A stretch of DNA of 64,000 nt from Azolla caroliniana. Taxonomy: Eukaryota > Plantae > Polypodiophyta. Location: contig JBHGNT010000005.1 of the NCBI GenBank assembly GCA_043228905.1, forward strand, positions 1,364,001 through 1,428,000. The letters run 5' to 3'. The position numbers and the translations under genes are program-made. The notes under the pieces are model-generated. The model made no database searches and had not been told where the DNA came from. It saw nothing but the letters and a program-made list of their open reading frames with translations. Shown here piece after piece: positions 1 through 13,321 of this stretch. Each line of letters begins with the position of its first letter. The stretch's first letter is position 1.

Positions 1-899
1 GACCTCTGCGCCAATTATTACATCAATAATTATTCATTCATGTAATATGATTGCATTTTGATGTTTAATAGTGTCAATATTGATCCTTCTATTAGGTTGG
101 AGTCTCGACTATGTTCGTTCTTTTATTACATCGACAATTGAATGTAATTGTGTAATTGAGTACCACAACCTGTTCTTAAGCTGAAAGAAAAACAGATTTT
201 GCGGCTATTGCAATGGAGGTTGGTTATACGCCTTATCTACAAAGGGGCTGTCTTAGGTCATCTGGCCTGACAACACCTTAGGGGGTCCACCTTGCCAAAG
301 ATACTCGCTATTGTGCAGACAACAAGGGTTTTTTATACTGTCGTGCGTTGTTTCAATATTTATACTACTTTTGTGAAGAGAGACACATAAGCTGTTTACA
401 ATTTTCAGCCTCCAGTGAGCAAACAAGGAAAATAATTCTGGGGTCCAAGATTTCCATGTCAAAATTCTAAGGATGTGGAAGTATAGCTGTGGCCAAAATG
501 CTTCTGCTGTAAATGATATCTTCATGGTGTTCATTTTTGCACAAACAACATGCCTTGTGAAAATTGAATCTAAAATTAATCAAGAAGCTGGAAGTATAGT
601 TCACTGTTGGGTCATGAAACTGTGGAGGGTTTTAATCATTGATGATGCATTTTGGTATTTTGATGATGAAGAGTTTTAACTAAGTGGGATGCATCTCACA
701 ATTCCTTGTCATTGAGATTACATACGAAGGTTAAATTTTGTATCTAAGCATCACAATGAGGTCTAACTTCTGGGAACGATTACATTTTGGGTGAGCTTAA
801 TGTTTTTGTGGATCACTACCAATCCACAACTAGACAAAATCTTATGGGTGCACCCAAATGCCATGGTTAGAACGTGCTTGGATCAAAGGTTCTTACGGA

Positions 900-2640
900 A
901 GATATGGGTCTTGAATACATTCATTAGAGACAAGGCCACACCTTCCAATTCGTAGAATGCTTAGAAATTTGGAATTGATTGTATATTATGTACAATAATT
1001 CAGTTGTGCTTGGGCTTGTAGATATCATCATTCATCGTAAATTTCCTTAATGACCAATTCTAACTTGAGGTTGTAATACTTACACAACCTTTACACCTTG
1101 TTCAACATTAGCTAGGTTGGCTTGCATTGTGTTTCAGGTCTTCTTTTCTAGAGCATTTGATCATTAAATGAAACAACTTTGAGACAAGTTTTTGCTTAAT
1201 CTTCAAGTTATAGAGGTTGCATTCACATTTTGCGGGTTGCTCTAATGATGGTGCTTGATTTCTATGTCCCTACATTCGTCAAATCTCGTTTTAGAATATT
1301 TTTAGTGAACATTGTATTAGGTTAGTGTTGCATCTAGGCAAGACATAACAATTATCATAATTTGTTTGCCTCTTTTTTGTGGAGAATATAGTAATGTGTT
1401 AAAATGCATATGATGAGATGCTACTCACTAAATTGTAAGATATTGCATGCATGTTTAGTGCCTGCATTATGGATTTACTTGGGCATAACAATGCAATTAA
1501 GGTTGCTTCTTATTGCATTATGTTTTATGAATTGGTAAAAAAATGCAGTTTCCTCCAATATAGGTGTAATAAATGATGCTTGGATTGGCAAAACTAAAGC
1601 CAACATAATGCTAAATTAAATAAAAGGGAACTCTTTAGTTACATAAGGAAGTATCAGAAGACAATAGTAGGTTTAACACAAATCATGGAAAGTTGGTGTT
1701 GAATTGGAATGGGTTTGCTATATTGGAACTTCCTTATATAATCAATCGTCTTAGTAGTTTGCATGGTTGCCACCTAGCTAGAATGTATATTGGCCATTAT
1801 AATTAACATATGTACAAAGTGTTAAAGTCTAGAGATGAGAATCAAGATGGTTCAATTTCTTCAAATGTTGTATGACATCTTGTATGATCTTAGAGTCCAA
1901 AATAATGTCAACCTTTCACATTACAAGCCTAGTAGTCATTAGCCATCCCTACCTAACAAAGGGCAATTCCCAGAAGTTACAAAATGATCGTGTTTCTTGC
2001 ATACATTTGGAATCTGATCACTATTTTAGATTGAAAATATAGGGTTGTTAAAACTAAAGAATATGGCATTATTTTCAGTAGCAATCTTTTCCTTAAATCT
2101 CAACAAATCTTGTATGTTGAGATCTTCTATTTCGACTCCAAGAGATTCACTTTACTCTTTCTCATGATGTACTCTATTCAAATTGTCACCATCCTGACTC
2201 ATCACTAGAAGAATATAAGTTCTGAGTTAGGGGATCATGTATTGTTCTTATGAAGTTATGTAAAAACCGGTAGGCCATTCATGAAGTTGGATAATCAAAA
2301 CCTTGGTCCATAAGTAATCTTTGGCCAAATTCATGAAGTTATGTTTTGTCTTGATCTCCCTCCTCGTATGTGTCTTCATTTGGTGTTCCATGTATCACTT
2401 TTGGAACTTTATGTTTCGGGTTGTATTTTGGATGATCTTATTCCTCTCCCATGCTCTTGTTGAGCTTGTCGATAGTCCAAAATATGCGGTGGAAACCATT
2501 TTGAACTCCAAGGGTGTGCGCAAAAGATCATGTTATGTTGCCGATAGGTTAGAATATTTATCTAGTGATCGAAATTGGGAGGTTACAGAGAATCTCACTA
2601 ATCGCAGAGGAAAATGTATATGTGGTTACATGGCCTAATA
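900..2640 (+). mobile_element. Decayed Ty3/gypsy (chromovirus-like) pol remnant
   Basis: Integrase C-terminal motifs RPFMKLDNQNLGP (~2272) and VFHVSLLE (~2383), followed by a chromodomain-like segment YAVETILNSK...RNWEVTENL (ORF 2321..2638). The upstream part is full of stops and the left boundary is uncertain. Confidence 0.65.
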
Positions 2641-2825
2641 TTAATCTGTCATCCCGACCGCGCCTTTGGTAAGTAATTTGTGAGTGCCTATGGTCATTTT
2701 GACACCATGTTTTACATCAAGCTCATTCGCATAGACTTAAGTGATGCATTGTAGGGGTTCATTTGTAAGTTTGTAACCCTACCTACCTTCATCTCCTTCA
2801 TATCCCCCACTCAACCCATACTATA

Positions 2826-2828
<3 letters not shown>

Positions 2829-2919
<91 letters not shown>
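2829..2919. repeat. Compound (CT)n(AC)n microsatellite upstream of the DCD gene
   Basis: Seen directly. Confidence 0.95.
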
Positions 2920-2923
<4 letters not shown>

Positions 2924-3255
2924 CTATACATAATATAATCTCTTCCTTCAAACGTTCAGGCTCTGGCCCGTTCTTCGTCTTCTTCATCTGCTTTACCTTG
3001 TGCTGTGTGCTTCTGCCTCTGCTTCGTCTCGTCGTCCAGTGTTCGACACAGACCTGCGATTCTCTGATAAGGATCGGAAACGTCTTCGGAGTTTGCAGAG
3101 ATCTATCCGTTTCCCCCGTGATCCATTCATCTGTCCATTTTCTATCTGTTGTTGTGGAGTACACCCCAAAGGTTATCTTTTTCCGTATTGTCGTTACCCC
3201 CCTACCCTCGACGTCGCAGCGCTGTATCCCCATCCCCGTTTCATCACTTTCAACC

Positions 3256-5786
3256 ATGGCTAGAGGTCGGAAGCTCAAGCGTAGAGGTTATCAGTCTGAT
3301 CCATCAAGATCTGTGGAGAAAAAGATGGTTTCAGCCCCACAAAGTGATGGAATATCTTCAGAGAAAGAGGATTCGTTGCTCAAACGTAAAGCCGAAGAAA
3401 CTGCCCTTGACATTTCAAAGAAAGAACAAGATGCTACTCTTCTGACAGATGTTGTTGCGTCGGAAGAAACTGATAAGGACACTCCCAGGGATAAGGAACG
3501 ACGCAGAAGGAACAGATTCAAGGGAAGCAAGAGTCGAGCTTCATCTATTGGAGAGAGCGAGGAGGATAAGGTGAAGGAGAGAGGAAAGCAAACTGAACGG
3601 AACTTTGTTAAAGAGAAAAATGATTTGGCAGGATTGATCTCCATGTGTAGCAATGAAACTAAGAAAGACTGCTTCAAGTATCGTGTGTTTGGCTTCCCTG
3701 AGGCGAAGAAAGATATGGTTGAAAAGGTTAAGAAAGGAACCAAGTTATTCCTCTTTGACGTTGATAAGAGAATTCTATATGGAGTTTACAAGGCAACCTC
3801 TACTGGTGGTATCAATTTGGTTGAAGAAGCATTCAAGAATTCATCTCGCAAGTTTCCAGCTCAGGTCCATACACAGTGTCACATACACACACATACCTAC
3901 ACATACACAGATGCAGGCACATGCACATGCACATGCACATGCACAGACAGATACAGATGTAGATACAGACATAAGGACATGAACATATCTATACATATAA
4001 AACACCTACATGAGAGCGTACACACACAAATATATATGTATATATATAGATTGGAATTTTGTTGAGTTTAACAAGAAGTTACCACATTATCCACCATTTG
4101 TTTTAAAAATGTGACAGGTCAGGTTCCAAATTCACAAGGACTGCATGCCACTTGAGGAGAGCGTGTTCAAGCAAGCAATAAGGGCGAACTATTTCCAAGG
4201 AAGCAAGTTCAAGTGTGAATTGAATGATGAGCAGGTAGAATATTAGATCACTAAAATCACATAGCTTCATGAAAGGAAAATGCAAAATGTTGTTCAAACC
4301 ATAGTCACATAGCATCATAAGTTTAGGATAAATTAGTATTTTATACTGAACATAAAGAAAGCTCTCCAAATATTCACAGTATAACTATTAAAAGCACTGT
4401 GGGATGTAAGTCGTATTTGAATACTGAACTGTCAACATGTGCATCATGGGTCTAAGCTCATATTTCTGTTTCAAGTCAGGAACGTGTAAAGGGTTTTCCA
4501 TCCACTAGACTCATGTAGTGTAAACTTAGGATATAGAAAAGAGAACTGGTGACAAATAGCATTCCATATTTACTCACAAGTGATTTTGGTTTGTTTTACA
4601 TGCTGTTACAATCTCCGGTACCCAAATCAATCAAAATTTCTAGAAATCTAGTTAGCTTTGGGGAACGAAGTTTGTATACTCAATACAGATCCATGAATTA
4701 TATCAGAAGATTGATTATAGAAAAGCCCTGTGGTGGTTGATGCTTGGATCAGGCTTTCACTAGCTTCACAAAGTTCCAAGGTTTTGTGTTGGATATAGTG
4801 CAAACCATTCCGAAAAATCAAATTTAAAGGCTATTGAAATGTAGTAGGATGTGGCTTGTACTAAATTGTTAACTGTGCATCCTAATGCTAAGCTGTTTAT
4901 ATCTTGATTTCAGGTTAGTAAACTGTTAAGGCTCTTCCGACCACTAGATTCCAGGGGTCTACCAACTCCAAAGCCAAGAAAGGAAGTGAAGAGAGAATCA
5001 ATTTACAAGTCAAATCCATCTCGGGGTAATGTCCGAGCCCTAATGGAGGTAGAATCCCCTGCACGAAATGCTCCTTTACTTCATAGAAGGGAGCAACTCA
5101 ACCCTAGAGAGTATGTATATGCAAGGGAGGATTTCCTTGGGCCGTCACCATATACAGGGCAGGATGTCCGTGCGCCATTGGCACATGCAAGAGATGATTT
5201 TGTACGCATGCCATCACCCACATATGGAAGGGAAAATATACCTGTACCATCATTGCCATATGCAAGGAAGGATGTACGCTTGCCACCGTCCTCATATGTT
5301 AGGGAGGATGTGCGCATGCCGTCATCGTCATATGTAAGGCAGGATGTACGCATGCCATCATCCTCATATGCAAGGGAGGATTCACGCTTGCCATTGTCCT
5401 CATATGCAAGGGAGGATGTTCGTGCCCCTGAGATGCGCATGGAAGCTGAAGCTTTAGCTTTATATCGAGAAAGACTTCAGCTTAGGCAGCTACAAGATGC
5501 CCACTTAGAGTCTCTGGGGAGGAGGGCATCCTATGCATCTGACCCTATGGCATCAGATGTTTCACTTTCCCGAAGAAGGTATGTAGAAGATAATGCTTAC
5601 ACCACTCAACAAGCCTTGATGATACCCAGACTGCCCTTGATCCAAGACCAACACCTCTATAGAGACATTGACTATCAGAGGGAGATTCCTTCTAGAGGTT
5701 ATGGTGATAGCGTGCGAGGAATTTCAGGAGCTTTGGCATATGACCCTGCACCTGGCTTCTTGCATCATAGGAGTTACGGAATATGA
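3256..5786 (+). CDS. DCD (development and cell death) domain protein with a repetitive C-terminal tail, ~532 aa
   Basis: Exons 3256-3864, 4118-4234 and 4914-5786, all GT-AG and phase-consistent. DCD motifs: [23 protein letters not shown]...[16 protein letters not shown]|VRF...[17 protein letters not shown]|VSKLLRLF. The ATG at 3256 is in a good context (accATGG). Confidence 0.9.
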
Positions 5787-6049
5787 CTCCTACCTAATAC
5801 ACTCAATAATGTCAGGGCTAATCAAACTTCATTCTTGCGAAGTCTGGTATGTTAAAGTCTGTTTTCAACACAAAGGACCTTGAAGTTCTAGAATATATTT
5901 CATGTAGCTTGATTTTCCAAGAGCCCCACTTAAATGAGATTATGCAAATCATTTGGTTATTTCTCAAAATGGTAATCTCCTCCCTTCTCTCTCAAATTTT
6001 GTAGAAAGGTCGACTTTGATCCAAAGGCCATCTATTCTAGAATGGGTAA

Positions 6050-7660
6050 TCAATCACTGATGTAATATACATTTCAATTTCTGGTTTCTCCAGAAGCTTT
6101 TAACCTACCAATGAAAAAAGATGAAATTGTGAGTGAAATGACTCATTTTGTTGTTTTCCCTTTTGTTGGGAATGGAGAAATTATTCTGAGTTGGTTACTA
6201 GCAAAGATCAAATGTTACTTTGGAGATCCTCTTTTTATCTTTCTACCTGAATATTGATATGATCTCCACTAGTATAGAGTGAATTAGAAGTTGGAAGAGA
6301 GAAATAAAAGAAAAACTTCATACTAGTAGATGTGTTGGTGGAGGAAACTTGGAGGTGTAGATCAATCTACGTATTCAAACTGCAGCATTTTTGAATGATT
6401 GAAAGGAATTAACATCATGTGCCCATGATTCTCGACAATGTTAAGCTTCTAATTATCTAAAATATCCAGAGGTATTTTTGCAATGGATTGTGATATGTAA
6501 ACAACTAGAATCAATTACTAGAGTGGTTGTTATCTAGATGAGTTACAGTCCTTATGATTTAAGCTGGAATGGTTTGGGCTGTAGCCTGTGTATAGACCTT
6601 TTAAGATAAAAATTTGAAGCTTCCCTCTCAAACAACAAAGTAGTGTATGTCGTAAATTGTTGTTCAATGCTTGTTGAAGGTCTAGTTTATTATCACAAGG
6701 TCTCACAAAAATATGTCGTTTTGAGCCTAAATGTGAAACTTCTAATCTAACATCATAAACATGTCATAGCTATACCCTAGAGTTCTCACCATACTTGTTG
6801 TCTTACCAATTTGCCCATACCCATGTGGATAGTGCTCAACCTTGGTTCTTGTTGTATTAGTTGCCCTTGAACTAGAGAAGGTTCAACTTTTTGTTGCTCA
6901 CTCTTGACAAACATGGGTCTAACCTTAAAGACTCATGAGTGTAACTATCCTCAATGATGAGCCATCCTTCCTAATGTTATAGTCTGATGATTTATCCTTT
7001 TATGTATATATGGCACATAGATGACTCAAAGAGTGGAGTCAATTATGTAATCATTCCTCATGCACTTGGAATAAATTACCATTAGGAGAAATACTAGAAA
7101 ACTTATTTAGATGCTTATATGTAAGGGTGCTTGTATGCCAAATGCTGAAATTGCAACATGGTATTGGATGTTGAAACTAGAGATACTAATTCACATTTGG
7201 TTTCACTTGCCTACCAAAAGATCCTACTATTCTTACAACAAGAAGGGGAAACATTTTTCCAAGATATACTCACTCTCTTGAAGTAGTTTTTCGCAATTGT
7301 CTTGATGCGAACAATTAGGTAACTAGGTTAATGACAAGGAAGAGTTGGGAGAAAGCAACTTACAATAACATTATTATATACAATGATTATCAAGAAACCT
7401 CTAGGCATCCCACAATGTTTACAAAAATTGCAAGTTCAACGGTGGCTAGTATTGTTCAGTCGATCACCTTAGCGGTGTAGTATGCTTTGTGTATGGGTTG
7501 ATATATGGGAAAGTGTCATTGTATAGACAAAGTGGAAACTAGAATTTGTAACACTCAATATCCCACTTGCATTCATGAGGACAAAGAACTAATTTGAGGA
7601 AGGATTGATATGAAGACAATGATTTTTATGCATACCAATTATATATGAGGGAGGAATCAT
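6050..7660 (+). mobile_element. Highly decayed Ty3/gypsy-like remnant
   Basis: CpG-depleted coding-like texture ending in QYPTCIHEDKELI (~7560), which resembles the gypsy integrase terminus FPxLEDK. A purine tract gagggaggaa follows, then tgt. Boundaries approximate. Confidence 0.35.
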
Positions 7661-8268
7661 GTGTTGATAAGTGCCTAACATAGTCGAAACATCTATACAA
7701 TGTACACCAAATTGCGTTATTGGGAGAAACAATTATGACATCTCACAAGCCTAAGGGCACGCATCCTAGGTTTCACAAAGGAAAGGGATCAATAAACATG
7801 TGTATAGGTGTAGGATAAAGGGGCACATAGCAAGTTGTCCCTTAAACAATGTGTGTTGCATGAGGGAAGTTGGGGAGCTTCTTAGTATATATGAGATTTC
7901 AAGGGCACTCCATTTTCCGTCTTCTCCTAAGTGGCTCTACATATTGCCATTGGTGCCTTTGAATAAGAACACGGTGTTGAACTTCATATCGATTCCCGGT
8001 TTCTTGCCATTGGTTGGATCATTGGTGGATGAGACACATACAAGGGCACACCAAGGCAGTTGGTTGAATTGAGAGGTGTTTTTTCTAAGGGAACAACGAA
8101 GCTTCAAGTGGACGGATGGTAGCGATTCTGTTAGGGAGAGCGTGCACGCATGGGTGTGGGCTTGGGCATTGGTAAGTGAAGTGTGTGTATTTCATTCATT
8201 TATTCATTGTGTATGGGATTTCATTCAGCCATTGTGGGCGAATTAGAGGAGGACACGTTGGCAGGGAA

Positions 8269-8353
8269 GGGATAGAGGTAAGGAAAAGTGTATGGGATTT
8301 CTCATCCACAAGCTCTTTACTGATAGATAGGGTCTATCTCATAATCCACCAAT
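8269..8353 (+). promoter_or_regulatory. Candidate light-responsive GATA motifs and CCAAT box of Lhcb4
   Basis: gggatagag (~8269), tgatagataggg (8321-8332) and CCAAT (8349-8353), 130-210 bp upstream of the ATG. GATA and CCAAT motifs are typical of Lhc promoters; function is inferred. Confidence 0.4.
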
Positions 8354-8481
8354 CCACACTCACAGACACACACACACACACACACTCTCTCTCTCTCTCT
8401 CTCTCAAAAAACAAAGAAGGAAGAAGGGAAGGAAGGAAGCTAAGGAGGAAGAAAGAGACAGAGCAGAGACCTTAAGGAGCC

Positions 8482-10244
8482 ATGGCTGCCACCGCTACCA
8501 CCTCACTCAGCTCATCCTTCTTGGGACAAGAGCTAACACACAATGTCAAGACATTCAGCAATGGCTCTCGTGTGGTGGCCCTGTTCGGAGGTAAGAAAGC
8601 AGCTCCCAAGAAGGCCCCTGCTGCCTCCAAGAAGAAGAGCTCCAATCCCGACCGCCCTTTATGGTACCCTGGTGTCAAGGCCCCCGAATGGCTTGATGGC
8701 TCCCTAGTCGGTGACTACGGCTTCGACCCCCTCTCCCTCTCCAAACCGGCCGAATACCTCCAATTCGACTTCGACTCGTTGAACCAGAACCTCGCCAAGA
8801 ATGAGGTTGGCCAAGTCATTGGTACCCGGATCGACAGCACTACCGAGATCAAGGCCACACCCTTCCAACCTTATGGTGAGGTGTTCGGCATCCAGAGGTT
8901 CCGAGAGTGCGAGCTCATCCATGGCCGCTGGGCTATGCTCGCCATCCTCGGTGCCCTGTCCGTAGAAGCCTTCACAGGAGTCACATGGCAAGATGCTGGC
9001 AAGGTAGGACTCCTGATCTTGCTTTAAATATTGGTTTTCCATAAATTCTTACATCTGGAGGACCAGGCAGTAGGTTTATTATTGGGAATTTTCTGGATCT
9101 TAGTTAGCAAAATCCAATGTATTTTGTCTGGATCATGTTTTGGGTTCTAGATCTTACCTAGTAAGAATGAATGAATGCATCATACCAGATCATGTTACTG
9201 GTTCTATATCTTTAGTTAGCACGAAACAATGCTTTGTTTGGGTTCTAGAACTTTAGTTAGCAAGAAACAATGCTTTGTTTGGATTCTATATCTTTAGTTA
9301 GCAAGAAACAATGCTTTGTTTGAGTTCTAGATCTTAGTCAGCATGAATGAATGCATGGTCATTATCTAGATCATGACCATAAAATGCAGCATTGCATTTA
9401 GAATATCTTGTGTTGTTTTTAGAGTTCTATATATCTGGTTTCATTTTTCACCATAAAATGCAGCATTGCATTTAGAGTATCTTGTGTTGTTTTTAGAGTT
9501 CTATATATTAATTAGTAGCATCAAATGCCACATAAATTTGATGCACTTGCTCAGCTAGTAAAGAGATTCAGGAAGAAACCGATGCTTCAGTTCCACCAAT
9601 CTATGTATGCACACTAGGGGTAGGGGACATTGGTTAATGAACAAAAGGCACAAGTAGTTGAAACGTTTTATTGAGAGTGACTTAGAACACATACATGTCT
9701 AATCTAGTTTCAAAGTGATTTGTTGTTAAATTCATTCCCCATCCTTTGGTAAATTCATTCACGATTCTATCCCAATTCTCTCCATTGTGCATATCATGGG
9801 TTAACAAGTTGAATGTGAACTAGAGTTTGAGCTCTTAGTATCTTGTTATCTTGTCCTTTTTTTTGGTCCGTATATAACTAGGTGGAACTTGTCGAGGGTT
9901 CATCCTACTTCGGTTTGCCGCTACCATTCTCCATCTCCACTCTATGCTGGATCGAAGCTCTGATTATTGGTTACATCGAGTTCCAAAGGAATGCGGAGCT
10001 TGACCCTGAAAAGCGCATCTACCCTGGTGGCAAGTACTTTGACCCATTGGGCCTTGCTGCGGACCCAGAGAAGAAAGAATTGTTGAAATTGGCAGAGATC
10101 AAGCACGCGAGGCTCGCTATGGTGGCGGCTTTAGGATTTGCAGTCCAAGCGGCCGCGACAGGAAAAGGTCCCTTGGATAACTGGGCCACCCACTTGAGTG
10201 ACCCCCTCCACACCACCATTATTGACACATTCTCCTCCAAGTGA
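8482..10244 (+). CDS. LHCB4: Chlorophyll a/b-binding protein CP29 (photosystem II minor antenna), 294 aa
   Basis: Exons 8482-9003 and 9882-10244 (AAG|gtagga ... tag|GTG). Transit peptide, DRPLWYPG, the CP29-specific insert [13 protein letters not shown]...[36 protein letters not shown] and the C-terminus [18 protein letters not shown]. Confidence 0.97.
9200..9510. repeat. Intronic tandem repeats (~41-bp unit x3 and a ~57-bp segment x2)
   Basis: ttagttagcaagaaacaatgctttgtttg... three times in 9200-9340; ccataaaatgcagcattgcatttag...ttctatatat at ~9377 and ~9451. Confidence 0.85.
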
Positions 10245-10899
10245 GCTAGTAGGCCCTTTGGTGTACACCACACCCCCACCACCACCACCACCACCACCTT
10301 GTTTCAACTTTTTCCTCTCCCTCTCTCTCTCTCCTTCAACTGATGACTTGTGATGTGTCCAAAAGTGTATTATCCTTTGTAACTAGTTTTGAAATGCTTA
10401 CCAATGTTTGCCTTTCTTATTTGTCTCTCGTCCACAACAACTACACTTGGGCTTGCAGTTTCCCTACACTTTGGAAAGATGCACATCATAAAAGGAGTTA
10501 AAATTTTCGTATCTATAGTGTTAGAGAACTAACTACATTTGATGTTAATAAGGTTTTGTTTGTAAGACTCTTCTCTTTATGTCATTCCATTACTAGTTAT
10601 ACAATTTTAGTGCGTGTTAAACACATATTTTTTTGTGCATTCCAATACTAAAATGCAGAGAGACAAGCTTATTTGTCATTTTGTGCATGTTAGCTACACA
10701 ACCACCACAACACTTCAAAGCCATGATATTATGTACTGTTATTGAATTCCTGATTGCATTGTATTAGCACCTGAGATGGTTTCAAATCATGATGGATATA
10801 TGCATTAAACATCTTCTCTTGGATTTCTAACCCAAGTTGTAGCATGATTGAAGGCATAGAACCTAAGCTAATGTGAAATTTTTAACAATAATAAATTAC

Positions 10900-13100
10900 T
10901 TCCATAATTGATTAATTGTTTTGTTTTGAAAAATTAGGGTACTCATATACAGAGAGGATGTTAATTAGAATGGAATGCAAAATTTGTGTCATTTTGAAAC
11001 ATTTGTTAGGCATTGATGTTATATGCTAACTAATGGTAAGATCAAAGTCAATATTTGGTGGCACAATCATTTTGTATTAGGTCTTGTTTCTAGGACACTG
11101 TGTCAAGACAATTGCTATTACATTGAGTTGCATAACATATCAAAGATCATCTATTTCATGGGACTAGTTCAAGTGGGAATCCAAAGCAAATTGGTTGTCA
11201 ACATAACCATAGCATCATTGTATTGATGGCATATGAGCAAGATCCTTTTGAAATATGACTCAACACTCCAATGTACAGATATCCATCTCCATTTCAAGAA
11301 TTGGAATGTACTAATCCATGGTTGTAGTTTCATAATGGGTTTAATGCTAGGCTTAAAAGTCATGATCGGCTCAATACTCACTACTTTGCATAATCACGCG
11401 GTATCTTGAGAAAGGGCCACACATTGTTTACTACTGGTATCTTTAGCACCAACAATGGATATTTCTAGTGCACTTGGTTTACATATCATAGGAATGCCCA
11501 AAAGCAAAATAAGCTCCCCCATTATTATCTAATAAGATTTGATACTTATTGACGTGCCATCCTGTGTTGTGGACCATTCATGACAATAGGAAACATGTGC
11601 TTCCAAGTGTGGGGGAAATCGTCACCTTCTTCCTATTTTCTGGGCATTTTTTTCAAATCAGAGACCGATAATTCTTCAATAGGGTCTAAGTAAGAACATG
11701 TATTATCTACAAAATGATAGGAATTAAAGGATGGGATTAAAAATTATGCACATCAATCGGATTTTATTCAAACACGACATCATGCCTATGCTAATCTGGC
11801 TACAATACTTGCAATATATGTTAATTACTTTAAATGAGTTATTCATCCTGCAATTGTTTATGAGATGATAGGAGGATGTCATGAGTTTTATGATATGATT
11901 GGATATATTGTGCACAATCCTAATCATGAATAAGATGCGGATTTGATAGAGGTTGGTGTGGATATGGTTTTTGAGGCCATCTTCCTAGTGGAACTAGATT
12001 CAGTTTTTACATGTGATTATTGACCTCTTGTACCATTGCTCCATTAAGTCTCCTTGATGACTATAAGCTTAAGTTGAACAAGAATTGGAAGTACATAATT
12101 CTTAGCATGGATTGTGGTCCATATTTGAAGGTACTTGCCATTCTAAATTGCGACACTTCGCAAAGGTTTTCATTTGGATAGTAGTAATTGGGCTTTACAT
12201 TTAATATTAGACCTAAAAAGACGTGGATTAAGAATAGTCAATTGCTTCTTGTAGGTTTTGCTTGATCATTAACCAAATTTGTACGCGTTTAGTTAGAGAC
12301 AAACGAAGAAGTGTAGTAGTAATGGAGGACACAAATGAATGAAGACAAGAACGAGTTCATAGACTTGGGGGTTAGTGCGAAAAGCTCCACATGGATTCTA
12401 AAAACTATAAAGATACTTGTAGAAACCGTTTTTGTTTTATTGCCGGACATCTTAGAGAGCTTGAGGTAGAGCTTAAGCTTCTCCTACTATATATCTCTTG
12501 CTAAGTTATAGTTACTTTCTTGATGTTCTTGCTGATTGAAGTAAAGCACCGAGGAGATTCCATGTACATTCCATCTTAAGCACTTAGGTCAATTGTAACA
12601 TGCCACACTCTAGTTCTAATGCAGTTGATTTGTGCTCCTCTTCTACTTTCACATCTCTTTCCTTAATCTTCAATATTAAGTGATTAAGAGTGTTTTCGGT
12701 AGGTTTAACTCATTCATGTGGATTCGATATTAGGTTTACAACGTGCATAGTTTACTCAATTTCATTTGTTAGAATTTAGTAGATGTAGGAGTAGATTGAC
12801 ACCCACTTCAACTCGTCTCACAAACAATAGTGTGGAGTCACGTTGTCCTAACTAGAACGACATGAGATTCTTCCCTTGTGCCTATCTATCCTATTGGCAA
12901 TTGACTAATAGTTTCCACCAAAGGAAAAGTTAGAGGGAGGCTCCATGCCATCTCTTTTCCATGCAGTCATCATTTTGTATACAAATTGATCACAGTTTCC
13001 ATGACAGTTACCATTGGGAGGATGGTGTTTTCTATACAAATTGAACAAGATGACTCTCGAATACATTATTTCAATCTCCAGACTAATCATAAACTTGGAA
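10900..13100 (-). mobile_element. Decayed Ty3/gypsy pol remnant
   Basis: Minus-strand KLQP..KWRW...YNDAMVML..WIPT (11169-11381) resembles the integrase core LLQPL.IPEWKW...YDAIWVIV..HFIPT. The rest is frame-broken; boundaries approximate. Confidence 0.45.
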
Positions 13101-13321
13101 TTCCACGCAAATCCAAAACAGCTTTGCCCAAGAGTTATGTAGAATTCAAAATATATTCATTATATTTACAAATAGTTGAATAATGTTCAGCCTTATTCTT
13201 TGGTGCCCACATTATTGGGGTCCTGGGGATCTCCAACAGCTTCACACAACATACATAGGAGAGACATAATGATAAGAACCTTTACACCATCTCCATACTA
13301 ATCACACTTCACTAGTGCCTC

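Noticed and set aside
2998-4065. 355-aa ORF as given in the track
   Set aside because: It uses a TTG start and reads into intron 1, where the CACATG repeats give TCTCTC. The real exon is 3256-3864.
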